This document shows, in pieces, positions 37,840-52,376 of a stretch of DNA of 64,000 nucleotides. The notes under the pieces were generated by a model that did no database searches, had not been told where the DNA came from, and was given only the letters and a program-made list of their open reading frames with translations. Positions within the stretch are counted from its first letter, which is position 1. Each line of letters opens with the position of its first letter. The stretch lies in assembly GCF_006345805.1 (NCBI RefSeq), contig NC_042997.1, positions 134,974,001 to 135,038,000 on the forward strand. Reading direction: 5' to 3'. A program made the position numbers and the translations under genes. The stretch comes from Octopus sinensis (taxonomy: Eukaryota).

Positions 37840-38124
37840 GGGAATTATTCAAATATAACGCCTATGAAAGTCTAAGGTTTCTCAGATTGGTGATACCGTT
37901 GATGTGAATGTAATGTTTGATTGTCTGTCACTTTGGTCAGCAGGAAAGATGTACAGGAAATGCTGGAAGTGCGAGCAATAAGGCTATTGCCATCAATGCC
38001 GGAGCACTAGCCTTTCATACATACACAAATACACACACACACTCATTTCTTTTTTTATCGCTTCCTACCTCCCATTATATGTGTATGTGTATGTGTGTGT
38101 GTTTGCGTGCGCGCGCGTGTGCAT

Positions 38125-39410
38125 TGCTTTGATGAATAATTCAGGTGCATTACTATTTCAAATTTAAAAGTGCACGCGATATAAAACGCATTGGCAAAAT
38201 GCTTTATGTTATTTAAAAGAGAACGTTTTGCTCTACAAGACAGTATGTATTGATTTTTATATTTTATTGATTTTCGTGTATTTTCAGATCATGAAAATGG
38301 AATGTCAAGTGGACAAAACTGAGCATTTTCGATGCTATTTACCTTTTGCATTTAATCGAGGTGTTAAGGCCGACAAAGCTGCTCGTGAGATTTGTGCTGT
38401 GTATGGAGGAGCAATGTCTCAAAGTAACGTACCACCCGCCGTTGGTTTTCGTGCTTCAAAATGGGAATTTTAATCTCAAGGACGGATCACACACCGGTCG
38501 ACAAACTGAGTTCGATGAAGAGCGATTGAATCAACTTCTTCACGAAAATCCACGCCAAACGACCAGAGAATTAGCGGAGCAAATGGATTGTGATAAAAAA
38601 ACAAACTGTGGTGAACCGCCTTCGCTCAATGGGAAAGGTTCATAAACTCGTCGTTTGAGTGTCACACACTTTGAGCGAAAGCAACAAAAATCAACGCTCC
38701 ACAACCGCTGCCTGTTTGCTCGCTCGATATCCCTCAACATATGGTCACGAACAACGTTTCCTCTGCCACATTGTCACTGACGATGAAAAACGGTCAATAT
38801 GAAGCAACGAAAAGCATGGCTCAGCCCCGACAAACATACGATTCCTCGAACAAAACAAGACCTTCATCCTCGAAAGACCATGTTATGTATATCGTGGGAC
38901 TAGGGGTGTTTAATTCATTACGAACTGCTTGAGTGCAACCAAATACTCAATGCTGAGCTCAACGTTCAACAACTGCACCGACTCAACGAAGCAATTCGGC
39001 AAAAAAGAACTAATAGGCGAAATAGCGTTCTTCTGCAACACGACAAAGCCCGTCTTCACATCGCCAAATATGACCAAAGCTGCAACTCAAGAACTCGAAT
39101 GGGAAGTGGTGCCTCATCCTCCATGCTCTCCAAACCTGGCGCCGTCAGATTTTTGTCTTTCGACCACTTTCGAACGCTTTGCTCGGTGTATCGTTCAATA
39201 ATGACTTGGAATTGAGGGCTTGGTTGAACGAATTCTTTGAGTCAAGACCAGGAGATTTCTATCACCGAGGCATCGAAAAACGTATTGCACGATGGAAGAG
39301 AGTCATAAACAACAACAGAGAGTATATTATTGATGAATTTGTTGCAGTTTTTTTGTTTAAAATAAATTTGAAAAAATAAAACGCTCATGAATTATTCTTC
39401 AACCCAATAT
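38125..39410 (+). mobile_element. Degenerate mariner transposon
   Basis: EHFRCYL.FAFNRG..A..AAREICAVYG, FDEERLNQLLHENPRQTTRELA, HIVTDDEK, EVVPHPPCSPNLAPSDF, FYHRGIEK...RWKRVI...EYIID. TIR-like ends (GATGAATAATTCA / TGAATTATTCTTCAACCCAATA). Confidence 0.9.
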
Positions 39411-39722
39411 ATTAGCGTCTGTGTGTGTATGTATATATATATATATTCAGTATAGTATACAGTATATTTTTGTGTATTCATAAATTGACGTAAATAAAGA
39501 AACCTACTATACACGCACACAAAGAAAACGTTGAGAGTAACTTCGGAGTGCCACTCCTCCCACCCTTTGTAAAAATATGATACTCACCTTAAATGTATTA
39601 GTGATTGATCTTGCATGCACATCATGAAGATAGATAGGTATCTAGTAATGCATCCGGAGGATGTGAAAATGTCGAAAGCATTAATTGGATAACAATACGA
39701 ATAATAAAATGTTTTATCTTAC

Positions 39723-40023
39723 CTCCTCCATTTTTCTGAGTCAAATATGGGAAACGCCAAACATTTCCGAGTCCTACAGCAAAACCAGCCAATGAGAGAA
39801 TGAACTGGACACGATTATCCCAGGTTTCTCTTTCTTCACCCGTATGTCGATCGATTTTTTTCTCCAAATCAATCTTAAGTAAATTCGCTGTGGATGCGCC
39901 AACTCCCGGAGAGCTTGCGCCCAGCGTCATTGTACTTCCATACAAAGTGTTGCTATTTCCATCACCATTCTCGTCCGAATGTGGGCTCGGTATATTCAAA
40001 TGATTCATTTCAATACGTTCCAT
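39723..40023 (-). CDS. First coding exon of an SLC6 sodium:neurotransmitter/amino-acid symporter, probably of the SLC6A15-20-like orphan/nutrient amino-acid group
   Basis: ATG at 40023 gives [10 protein letters not shown]...[38 protein letters not shown]. This contains the SLC6 TM1 signature ([25 protein letters not shown]). The exon ends at a phase-1 donor G|GTAAG (39723/39722). The ORF-track start at 40038 is a TTG. The subfamily call is inferred from motif similarity only. Confidence 0.93.
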
Positions 40024-41671
40024 AATGCGTTCATTCAACAGAATTAATTGAAAATATTATCAATTTTAACTCTAAAATTTTCTTTTCTTGCTTTTCTTAA
40101 TTGCTTTTTATTTGGTTTCTATGAGAAATATTTGAATGCAAAATGGTGTAACTGTGTTTAGAAATGTGCTGATAATTGCGGACGAAATTGAAATTGATTA
40201 TTTATATTCCATGTAATACATGTATTTAATAAGATGAGTCACTGCGTTTTCAGTGAAAAAAAATTCAAATTAATGTTAAGAATTCATATCGCACTTGAAA
40301 AATTCCAGCTGAAGATTCAGTTATGTTGGTGAGTTATTCATATTTCCTATGAAATATTCTCTTTTGTAGATCTTTTCAAAAATTTCTCTACCGACTGAAA
40401 TATCGGTTTGTTGTTCTTTCTCAAGAATGTAGGCTAAACTCTAACCCACTGGCAGTGTTAACTGCTGATCAACATCCTGAAATAGAAGAAAGAAATAGAT
40501 TATAAAATTTGTATTCATATTAAAAATAAATAAAGTAATTATTTAAATGCTAGACTAAAACAGGCTCACTATTAACAATGAACAAGTAAGGAATATATAT
40601 GTGTGAGCTGAGAGAAATATGATCCTGGGGGGAAAAACAAAAATAATCAATTGCTAAGTTTAAACCTTGGCCAAATTACAACCAATCTTTTGTATCGAGA
40701 GATATCTAGAATTTATATATATATATATATATATGAAGTGAATCAGACATCCTTGGGCCATCACTACACATAACAAAGGAAACTATGTTAATATGCATCA
40801 TTAGAAAATTTATATATAACACAAAATAAAAATGGGGAAAAACATAATTAGAAGAAAATGTGTTCATCACCCTCGTACGTTTAATTCACAATCCTTTATT
40901 TCTAATTCGTTTTCTTACCATTGATCATTTTTTAGTATTTTACTAAACACAAGGGATGTTACAATAGTTGCGATGACTGGATTAAAACAATGTGTTATGC
41001 CTCTCTCTCTCTCTCCAACTCTGTACACACACACATACACGCATGCACACGTGTGTATGTGAGAGAATGTGTGTGCGTGTCTGTGAGTGTGTGTGCATGC
41101 ATGTATATTTAATCAGTTATGTGCGTGAGTAAGAGAGCAAGAGAGTATCAATGCTTATGTATATGAGTCTATGTTTAAGTAATTATACAATGAGATGTAT
41201 ACCATTGTTTCACATATTTCAAATATTCCACTACTGATAACTGGTATCCACTTCAATAGCTGTGTGCAACCAGATGTACATGCGCCAGACCGATTATCAA
41301 CGACCTGTAAGAGGATAATTTTTCAAACTAACTCATGTTACTCCTACCCTGTATATTCTGTATATAAAAGAAACATTTGCTATGGGTTTAAACTCAACCA
41401 TTATACACTGGTAGCATCTTTCTAATTGCTCCAGATAATCTAATCCAAAATCAGAAGTGAGAATAAAAAAAGTTAGTTAAACTTTGAGTATTTAATCTTT
41501 CGACCATCCACACTGTCCTTAAATAACTTTATCATATGAAATATTAACGTTTTCTTTGCGTCGGTATTAATTTATGATACCATATATCATACGATATATA
41601 ATAGCACGAACTAGCTTTTTCAACGATAACGATTTGGCAATGAGATAGTGGTTTGCATATGATGAATGACA

Positions 41672-41712
<41 letters not shown>

Positions 41713-43643
41713 CACCACCACCACCACTGCTGCTGCTACTGGTATTAATACTACTATCATTTTTACTACTATTATATAAGTTTTACGTATACATACATAT
41801 ATGTTTGTGTGCGCGCGTGTTTGTGTATGTGTGTGTGTGTCGCGCGCGCGCGTATGTGTAAGAGAAGAAATAAGCAGGCTTTAATTACAAAATACAGCAA
41901 TTGTTTCTGTGCAGTACTAATAGCTACCGTTGAGTTTTCAGTATCATACTACTGTATAAATTATTTTATAAATGCTTCCATAAAAGAAATATGCTCCAGC
42001 GTATTTATTCATCAGATAGGTCACTTTAAAAGATACTGAAAACTTTGCAACCAACAAGTGTGCTGTGGGGTATTATGAACAGACTGAGTGAAGGAGAGAA
42101 ATGGAGGAAAAAGCAACAGTAAAACAAATTTTCATAAGTTCATCCATTCATCAGTCGTAGATTTTCTCTGTTAGCTGATTATACAATTTACATAAATAGT
42201 ATTATGTATATTTAAATCAGTCACAGCCACATAGGAGGTTGCTTGATTAGGCCAGGCCGGTCAGTGGGTCATTATTGGTTTTGCTCATTTAAAGCTCTTA
42301 ACGGTATAGAGGACTCGTCATACTTGTTGGCTGCATATATAAAACCTCTCTAGAACTGAAGGTAGGAAAACGTCTTGTCTAGATAGAGTTATTGACAAAA
42401 GATCCCGAAACACACACGTATGTGTGTGTTGTGTGTGTGTGTGTGTGTGTGTGACTGTGCATAAATATGCATATATGGGATAAACTTAACTGCAAGTCCC
42501 TTGATTATGCACCTCTGCTTACAGAGGGCTGACATGGGGCTAAGCAGCAACAACAAATGCAACAACAACAACTGTGTACCACAGAGCAGATTTATCCTCC
42601 ATTAAATAACAATTCTTTGTATTAAAGACACAAGGTCTGAAATATGGGGGAGGGGTATAGTCAATTACATCGACCCCAGTACTCAGCTGGTACTTTATTT
42701 ATCGACCCCGAAAGGATGAAAGGTAATGTCGACCACGCTGGAACTTGAATAGAGAACGTAGCGACGGGAGAATTACCGCTATGCATTTCGTCCAGCGTGC
42801 TAACTATTCTGCCAGCTTGCCGCCTTCCACTATTAAGTAATAATGCAACAAGTCCTTTTCAAAATGCTCTTCTTCTTATAATACAATATATATTTATGTC
42901 ATTATATAAGATTGATCCGTCATTTAGCAATGTCACCATGGTTAATATAGACGTAATTGCCTGCTTCCTGAAGAATACTCTCAATTATAATCGATTCTTG
43001 AAATGTCACTTGAACTCTGAACAGAATGCTTTATCCTATTCATAAGACACTCTTTGGAAATTATGTTAGAATTATTTCGATATAGCATAGAAGAAATAAT
43101 GATACTTAAATATACAAATATATATATATTTCGCGAAAAATACATCCACACACGTACGCACACATTCACATATGTGCACACCAAGCCCCAAGCAGAAGCA
43201 TTTATATACACAACTAGAATACAATAAATTTAATCTACATGTAAAAACATACGTATAAACTTGTGTAACGACATGTTTATGTGTTCATTCCCTCGCAGTT
43301 GCATTTTAGGGAAATGTCTTTAACTATATCAGTGGTTCACAAATAATGTGAGCGTGAAATGTTGTGGAGAGAAGTTGTGCAAAATTCTGATATATATACA
43401 TATATATATATGTGTGTGTGTGTGTGTTTTTGTGAGAGTGCATGTATGTACATATGTGTATGCGTATGTCTAAAACTTTACCTAATAATAGTGGATTGTA
43501 TATTATAATACAATATTTAAGACATTTCTATCGAAAAGATGTGTCGTAAATTTTAAATATCATTCATGTTTATTATATGTACATATGCATATATATGTAC
43601 ATATATGCATATATATGTACATATGCATATATATGTACATATA

Positions 43644-43741
<98 letters not shown>

Positions 43742-44075
43742 AGAGTAAGCACATAAATTCGAAACAAAGTGGAAATAGATATATATATGTGTGTGTGTAT
43801 ACATATGCATGTATACAGATAGTAAACATGAATGGCGTTTGAAATTTACGACAGATTTTTCGGTAGGATTTTATTCAATGTACACACATATGTACATACG
43901 TGCACACAGACGAACATACACATACATCGAAACGTATATATATAATCAAAATAAGAAACAAGGATCTCTGGGTATCCTTGTTACTTATTTTGATTTTAAT
44001 CACCTTATTTTGAAATTGTATGGATGATACCGTACTAAATTCTGGTGCCTCAACTTAAGTACCATATTCATCTGA

Positions 44076-44111
<36 letters not shown>

Positions 44112-44117
44112 ATGTGC

Positions 44118-44161
<44 letters not shown>

Positions 44162-46316
44162 AGACACATATATGCATGCATACATGCATACATAAATTTC
44201 CAGAATGACGTTTGATTATGCTTCAGTTTGTACAAGTAAATGGCAACCATTTGGTTTATTATTTACAGATTCACATTTCCATAGCTATTTTAATTGTTGC
44301 TGCTGTTTCTATTCCTATAGTCCTGATGTTGTGATTGTGGCTAACAAGCAGTTTACTATAATATTACATTCAAATGTTTTCTAAAGTTAATATTGAAGTA
44401 AGAGACCGAAAGCTATGTATAGATACGTCTACCGTACCCTACCACCCCGTGTCCATGTAAAATTTTCCTAGTACCCAAATAAAATTTTCCATCGTTCCCA
44501 GAAGGGCAGCATTGCTAACTTTGAGAAGTACTGTTGTACATAAATGTCATTGAACTAAAGTGGCTTGCCGAACCTAAATCCTTATATTGACATCTTTTAT
44601 CAACTAGGACAGGATACACAGAAGAGTGGTTATTGAAGTTCTTTTCAGTAGACGAAACTGTATTTTGAGAATTATTGTCGTTTCTGAAACCTACGCTAGA
44701 AAATAATTCTACGGAAGCAGCAGCATTACTAAATGCCACTTGAAGTACATGTGCTGTATTCTTGTCTATTAGTTTGTTAGAAGTTAGTCTTCGCCTTCTA
44801 AAATCGAGAAAAGACAAAAGTATTTCACAACAGAAGTCAACGCATTTACCACTATTAGAAGTCAGTCACTAAAAGTCTAATTCATTTAAACGTGTTTAAC
44901 TTATTTGAATATAAGGAGAAATCGAAAACAAATGGTATGTAGTCAAACTATTCTATAACATTTCCAGGAGGAAATTAGCCAGCAGGCAATTTCGACTATA
45001 AGACTTCTTCCATAAAGTAAAATTCACACTTCTTATCCATAGAACTTTGGAGAGGAAATAAGGAAACAGAAGTGAAGTCTCACTCTTAGAAACACTCTAC
45101 ATACAAATGAGCTGTAACTATGTGTAGCGTTTGAATAGGAAATGACAATATGAATTTTTAACCAATCGAATAATAGAATTCCGTTGTAAGTTCATTTTTC
45201 AAATATTATATCAAGCAAGGCAGCCAGTGTTAGAATTTTTCATCATTTTAAGTAAAATATCGCGAATCTTCGCTTTTATATAGGAACGATTTTAGCAATG
45301 ATGTCCAGTAATCGAAATAAATATCTAGACTACAACTGAAGTTCTGATATAAAAGTAGTAAATTAACTAAAATTGTAATGTGAACTCAGTCTATATAGAA
45401 GGAAGTCAGGATATTGAAAGACACTACGAAGCAAATAAGGCTGAAGAACTCTACTTGTTGGTACGAAATAGAAATTATTGTCATGCCTTATATTTTCATA
45501 GAATCTAAATTTAAATTTCCCTTTCAAAGTTTTAAAGATCATTAATGTCATTAGTGTAACTGATATCATTACTATCATGGTTATTGTTTTATTTTATGCT
45601 GTAAAGCACTCGAGCATTTCACTGATAGTCTAATGTCAATTACAAAATTGCTTCAAGGCAAATTATCAGTAAATCTTTAGTGTGCCGGTGTTTAATCTAA
45701 GATTGGCGTTGTGACGAAAGAACAAAACCTATATAAGGTTAAAGTCGATTTTAGATATTGTGAGAAAATTAAGAAATCTGATGGCATGTTTCTATAATGA
45801 AATTAATAAAAGGAATATAATAAAATAAGATTTGCCTATAAACAATTAAATGAAGGGGAAAGAGATGGAGTGAGAGGAAGAAGCACACGAGAAATGATGA
45901 AATTAATGAAAAAGATAGAAAGATGAAAAGAGTGAGTTAGTGCAGAAAGTTACAAAAAGGTGAAATAAATGGAGTGGCGGGTTAGTCAGATAAAAGGCAA
46001 AGAAAAAAGAAAATGTACGAGAAAAATAAAATATTTAAGAACAGAATATAAAATTTGAAGAAAATAAAGAAAGAAAAACAAAGCAGCAATGGAAATGAAC
46101 CAGAGTGAAAAATACAAGAAAATAACATAAGGAATAGAAATGGATGTCTTCTAAGACATTCATTCGAACGACGTCGATTTATTTGCGTAATGATTCATTT
46201 ACTCTATCTATATTATAATCACTCATTCTAGCTTTCTGTCACACATTTTCTCTTTTTTCTATCAATCATTCTTCATGTGCACGCACGCGCACACACATGA
46301 ATATATGTGTGTGTAA

Positions 46317-46413
<97 letters not shown>

Positions 46414-46457
46414 TAGAGATAGATAGATAGATAGATAGATAGATATAGATAGATAGT

Positions 46458-46504
<47 letters not shown>

Positions 46505-47039
46505 TTTAATATGAATATGGTACTTAATTTAGATGCACCAGAATTTTGTATGGTGTTATCCATAAAAATTTGCGGGGTGATTATAATCAAAATAAGCAAC
46601 AAGAATGACTCCGGAATAACCGGAGTCATTCTTGTTGCTTATTTTGATTATATATATATGGGGACACCCCCTTCGGTCATGAATGACCATGGGATTGCAC
46701 CTAGAAAGTTACCTTCCGAGGTACAAGTCCGGGCAAGGTTGCTTATGGAAGGCGAGCAATCCCCCATGCATACCGACCTCCCTTCTCCACACCACGAAAA
46801 GCAAAGGCCGATACAGCTTGGCACCTGTGATATCGCAACTCATTTCTACAGCTGAGTGAACTGGAGCAACGTAAAATAAAGTGTCTTGTTGAAGAGCACA
46901 ACATGCAGCCCGGTCCGGGAATCGAACTCACAACCTCACGATCGTAAACTCGGCACTCTAACCACTGATCCATGCACCTTCACGCACACACACACACACA
47001 CAGATAGATAGAAAGATAGATACACACACATATATATAC

Positions 47040-47095
<56 letters not shown>

Positions 47096-47479
47096 AATAT
47101 TAGGGAATAAATCCAAATTTACAGGGAAAAAAATCAGATTTAGGATTAAATCCAATTTTATAGTAAAATATTATAAAATATTATTAGAGACAAAACCACT
47201 ATTTTGCAAAACAAACAAGGAAAGACTTAATCAATACATAAAATTTTAATAAATAGTCAAAAAAACCGCCACTACAATCGTTTCTTGTCTTGATCGACAA
47301 TCTTCAGGTGGACTTCCAATAAGTCAGTTTCGAAACTGACTTATTGGAAGTCCCCTGAAGATTGTCGATCAAGACAAGAAACGATTGTAGTGGCGGTTTT
47401 TTGACTATTTATTAAAATTTTATGTATTGATTAAGTCTTTCCTTGTTTGTTTTGCAAAATAGTGGTTTTGTCTCTAATA

Positions 47480-47489
<10 letters not shown>
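47096..47489. mobile_element. PLE-type pseudo-LTR fragment with a 318-bp near-perfect palindrome (47172-47489), inserted in (TA)n
   Basis: Arms 47172-47331 and 47332-47489 are centred on GTTTC|GAAAC with no spacer. They differ by two 1-nt indels (CCAC vs CCC; A7 vs T6). (TA)n lies on both sides and the arms contain a hammerhead core. The PLE origin is inferred. Confidence 0.8.
47269..47311 (-). ncRNA. Type I hammerhead ribozyme motif
   Basis: Minus strand reads CCAC-CTGAAGA-TTGTC-GATCAA-GACAA-GAAA-C-GATT-G-TA-GTGG: 4-bp stem I, 5-bp stem II, GUA triplet. The mirror copy on the plus strand has lost the A of stem I. Confidence 0.75.
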
Positions 47490-47538
<49 letters not shown>

Positions 47539-48462
47539 ACAGAGAAGGGAGAGAGGCAATAAGTTGACGTGAATATTTTTAAAGGTTGATAATGAAATTA
47601 CAATGATTATAATGTTATTGAATTTTCTAATCTCCGAGTGTTATTGTCTTTAGGACAATGCTGTAAATTCTCGCTGTCAGGAAAATCACAGCAGGTTCAG
47701 CGAACCACATGAAAGAATTGAATAAAAATAAGTTGTCAGAAGAAAATCGAAACAACATTTCTTCAGTTTTTGAAGATTATGAAATATATATATTTGGAAA
47801 TTTAAAAATGCTTATGTATGCTTTGATGCTGATTATGGAATATCGGTTTCGAAGCTGAAACGAAATCAGGTTACACATTATGTGCATATGTCCTCGAGAC
47901 ATATATTAGACGTATATTAGAATATTCACGTATATATAACTGGGGAATTTTGTATGTTGTACATGTATAAACAACAATTTATCCTTCATACTCCATCCAA
48001 AAAAAAAAAAAACATTGTTCCCACGGGTTGGGAAAAAACACTAAGTCGCTATTTGCAGCAGAAGCACCTACAATGTTTCTTGACCTAGTAAAAATGTCTG
48101 CTAGTTCTACAATCTCAGACTAGACACAATATGTATGTCTATGTGTTTGTGTATGCGCATTAGTATGCGATTTCAGGTAAATCTATGCTGCAATGTTATA
48201 CATGTGTTGTATAACTGCTTGTGTTGGTAACTGTGTTGGTGTTGTTATTGTTGTTAACAATATCTGCTACATCCGTAAGAGCAAAATTCTAAGTGGTGTA
48301 AGTTATATTTTGTAATTCGACTTGACTAACTCTAAGTTGATAAATAATTGGTGTTTCTCTAATTTATATCATAGAAAATGAACCAGTTACTGATATTTAG
48401 GCTGGACAAGTCGGAAAAATTATAGAAGAAAACATTCAAACAGATATTTATAACAGCGCCGT

Positions 48463-48635
48463 TATGTGTGTGTGTATGTATGTATGTATGTATGTATGTA
48501 TGTATGTATGTATGTATGTATGTATGTATGTATGTATGTATGTATGTATGTATGTATGTATGTATTTATGTATGTATGTATGCATGTATGTATGTATGTA
48601 TTTATGTATGTATGTATGCATGTATGTATGTATTA
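48463..48635. repeat. (TATG)n microsatellite
   Basis: Seen directly in the sequence. Confidence 0.95.
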
Positions 48636-48999
48636 CGTTTGTATGTTTGTTTGCATGTATGGTAACTTCCTAGGAGGTACGAGCTGGTTCCTAACAAAGA
48701 TACAATGCTTCGTCCTTTGGAATGTAGATACGAAAAACAAATACGAATTTTACACTTGAAAAAGTCTTGCATATTTTACTGTTCCTCTTAGAGATTTTAA
48801 TTGTAATGTGCAAATTAGCTGGTTGATTTCTTTTTCAGGAGAATCGAAATCTATAGAGAATGTAACATTTAGACTATATAGAATATCGCATTTAGTTACA
48901 AAATCAAGTGTACCAATTATTATTGGCATAAAAGTGAGTATGTAATCTGGATATAGAAACTGGAGGTTTCCAAACAGTTATCCTTTCTCTTCGATATTT

Positions 49000-49900
49000 A
49001 GAGATATTCACATCAGCAGCGCAGCTAGCTTCTATTAACAGTTTCTGTTGCATCTTGGAATACCAAGAACTTCACTGTCTCTTTTGATTATTAGCAATTT
49101 CGTAGTAATCTCTTGTTCTTGGATTGTATATGCATAATCGAATTCTGATGTGATGTTGCAGTCACGAGTCAAAGAAAGGTTGCACTTCATGTTGATATTA
49201 CTGTCTTCTTCAAGTCTTCAGGAAACACCCTCACGCAAATTCTTTTTAGTTATGCTGAGCCTCTCACATCCAGATCTTCTTTGAGGTATGTTAGTTCGGC
49301 TGTTTTGGAGTTGTATGGGAGAAAATCCGAAAGTAAGTATTTTCTGAGGAGTTCACTACCGAAACGTAGAATGTTGTTCTCTTCTCTTTTCAGCATTAAT
49401 TGTATGTATTCACTCTCGTTTTGCAAGTGCTGTCTGAGAGAGAGACTATACGACTATCTGGACTAATCCCAAGCTTCTACCTCCGTCTTTTCTTATGTAG
49501 AGCCTGTCGATATCACTGTTTCAATAGAAGTTTCTAATCGATGCCAGGGTCTTGTGGATTTTGATCTCTATAGTGTGGATTTCCTCTACACACCAGTCAA
49601 GTATCTCAAATGCTGTAATCAACACTGGTGGTACTGCAAATTCATTCTGGGGCATTTTCTTGTCGTAAGAGGAATGCTCCGACGACCATACTTTTCGATG
49701 TCTGGTATAATATTCTTCGATCACTCAATCTTTATTCACAGCACCTTGCCACCTTGATATGATACGTTTTTATCAATGCTTTCGAACGTGTAACATTCTT
49801 TTGTGAGAAACAGAAGAGATATTGAGACCATTGACACAAGTTTTGGGTCTAAGCGACTGATTTTTCATGGTCAACAATTAAATAGGAACATTTCTTTTGG
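49000..49900 (-). mobile_element. Degenerate R4/Dong-like RT C-terminal fragment
   Basis: Minus strand encodes DIDRLYIRKDGGRSLGLV, matching the DVDRLY..RK.GGRGL motif of this group. Multiple stops. Confidence 0.7.
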
Positions 49901-50895
49901 CAAAATTCCATTCCTATGTCAGCTGAAAATGCTGCTATTAACATCAGCTGATGTTTGGCACCGTAAATAGTTTTAGCATAAAATTTCAAGTCACAAATAA
50001 ATTATGTCACATTAATATCTCTGGAACTTGCAAAACAGTATGTAGACATTTGATTTTTGTAACAGGCATTATAATAGATTTTCATGCCAAAATTACAGAA
50101 AGACTATCTACTTGAAATATTCCTTTTGAAATATTTATAACATTAGATACGACGATATGTATGTATGTATATATGTATGTATGTACGTATGTATGTATGT
50201 AAGTATGCATGTATGTATGTATGTATGCGTGTCATCAGGTTGTTGCTTTTTTCTAAATGGTTGATATTATAGGAAGGTCAATTCTGAATTACATCAGTCT
50301 AAAGTAATCAACTTGATTTTAATGGTCTTTAGTTATTCCTTATTCCGTCGGATTATGATATATATTTTCGTATTGCTTGTGTTTTTGTTGTTGCTGTTAT
50401 TCGAATAGAAATAGGAATGAAAATTGTTCCGCCCTGATCATTATGTAATTTTACGAATACCTAGGACTTTATTTATCCGTTCTTCCCTAAACTTTAACGC
50501 AGAATCGATGGAGTGGCTGTGAAATTAATTTTGTATTTCGAACAACCATACAGAAATTCAGATATTGACTTGTATTGAGCTATGTGTAGTCGCAGTGTGT
50601 CTCTTGCTATATCAGTTCTAAACAAATCCTTGCACATAAAGATTGCAAAATTGGACTGTGATTATGGTTGCCTAGCGATTGTTCGCATTTCCCATCATTG
50701 AAATTCAATGATCAATACAATAAAAGTTTGTATTATGTGCCTATTGCTCTTCCAGTTTTCTTCTACATTGTAAGATGGCAAAATTGCATGTATGTAAGGG
50801 ATAATGTAAAATGAAATGATGACGATCATGGCAACAATATTAATAATAACAATTACAGAAACAACGCCAATAATAATAATAATAATAATGATAAT

Positions 50896-50944
<49 letters not shown>

Positions 50945-51671
50945 TTAATAATAATTTTTTGTTTTTTTTTTGTTTTTGTTTTTCCAGTTTCAGCTCTTGA
51001 GCTGTGGCCATGCTGGGGCACCGCCTTGTGGTGAATGAGTACAGCAGGGATCACCACCCCCTGCCGGAGCCTCGTAGAGCTTTTTTAGGTGTTTTCGCTC
51101 ATAAACACAACACAACGCCCAGTCTGAGAATCGAAACCGCGATCCTGCGACCGCGAGTCCGCTGCCCTAACCACTAGGCCATTGCGCCTCTACATAATAA
51201 TAATAATAATAATAATAATATGATGATGATGATAAAATAATAATAATATATAATATATAATATTAATAATAATAATATAATAATAATAATATAATAATAT
51301 ATAATATAATATAATAATAATAATAATGATTGTAATAATAATCGTAATAATAATATGATGATGATGATAACGACACGAACAACAACAAAAATAACAACAA
51401 TTGATATAATGATAATAATGCTTTCATAAAAATATTCTCAGCTGTATTAAATGCCGTTACTTATTGGATATTTATGCGTATCGTATAATAGATAAACATA
51501 TTCATTGTAAATGCCGAAATACGATAAAACATTTGTTTAGCCACTGGCTTGTTATGATGAATAACATGCTCAGTCTATTAAATAGGTTTTACATTATAGA
51601 GAATTTACTAAACATCACGAGCAATCTCCAGTGATAAGAACAGTACTCTTACAAAAGCAGCAGTAATTATT

Positions 51672-51733
<62 letters not shown>

Positions 51734-51853
51734 TGTGGTGGTGGTGGTGGTGGTGGTAGTGGTGGTGGTGTCAATAGCAGCAGTGATGCTCAGACACTGA
51801 TTGATTTCTCACCGCGTGAGCAAAGAGCGAGTGTCTATGATTCGTATAGCCTT

Positions 51854-51894
<41 letters not shown>

Positions 51895-52069
51895 TGTATG
51901 TGTGTGTAGGCGTATATACGTGTTGGTATATGCATTTATATGTTTTTATTTCAAGCTGTATGTAAAATAATGTAACAAATAAACTCAGTTAATACAACAG
52001 TTTTAGCAGAGTCCACAGTTAACTTTCACAAGGAAAAAGGCTGAAAGTCACGTCGAAGTTTTTGCCTCA

Positions 52070-52376
52070 CTGCCAGCCTCCGGTGACCAGGGTTCCAGTC
52101 GATCCAATCAATGGAGCAGTCTGCTCATGAAATAGACCTGCATCTAGCTGAACACGTCGTACCCTTAACGTACCTCGCTGGGAGATTCAGCGTGACACAG
52201 TATGTAACAAGCCTGGCTCTTTGAAAAACAAGTACTTCTCATTTTTGCAAGCAGAGTGGACTGGAGCAACGTAAAATAAAGTGCTTTCCTCAAAGATACA
52301 ACGCGTCGCCAGGAATCGAACTCTCGACTTTATGATCGTGGGTCGAATGTCCTAACAACTAAGCCATGCACCTTCA
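52070..52376 (-). mobile_element. SINE with a family-B head and a different 3' tail
   Basis: About 52245-52376 aligns with the family B head and core. 52070-52240 does not match the family B tail. Confidence 0.7.
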
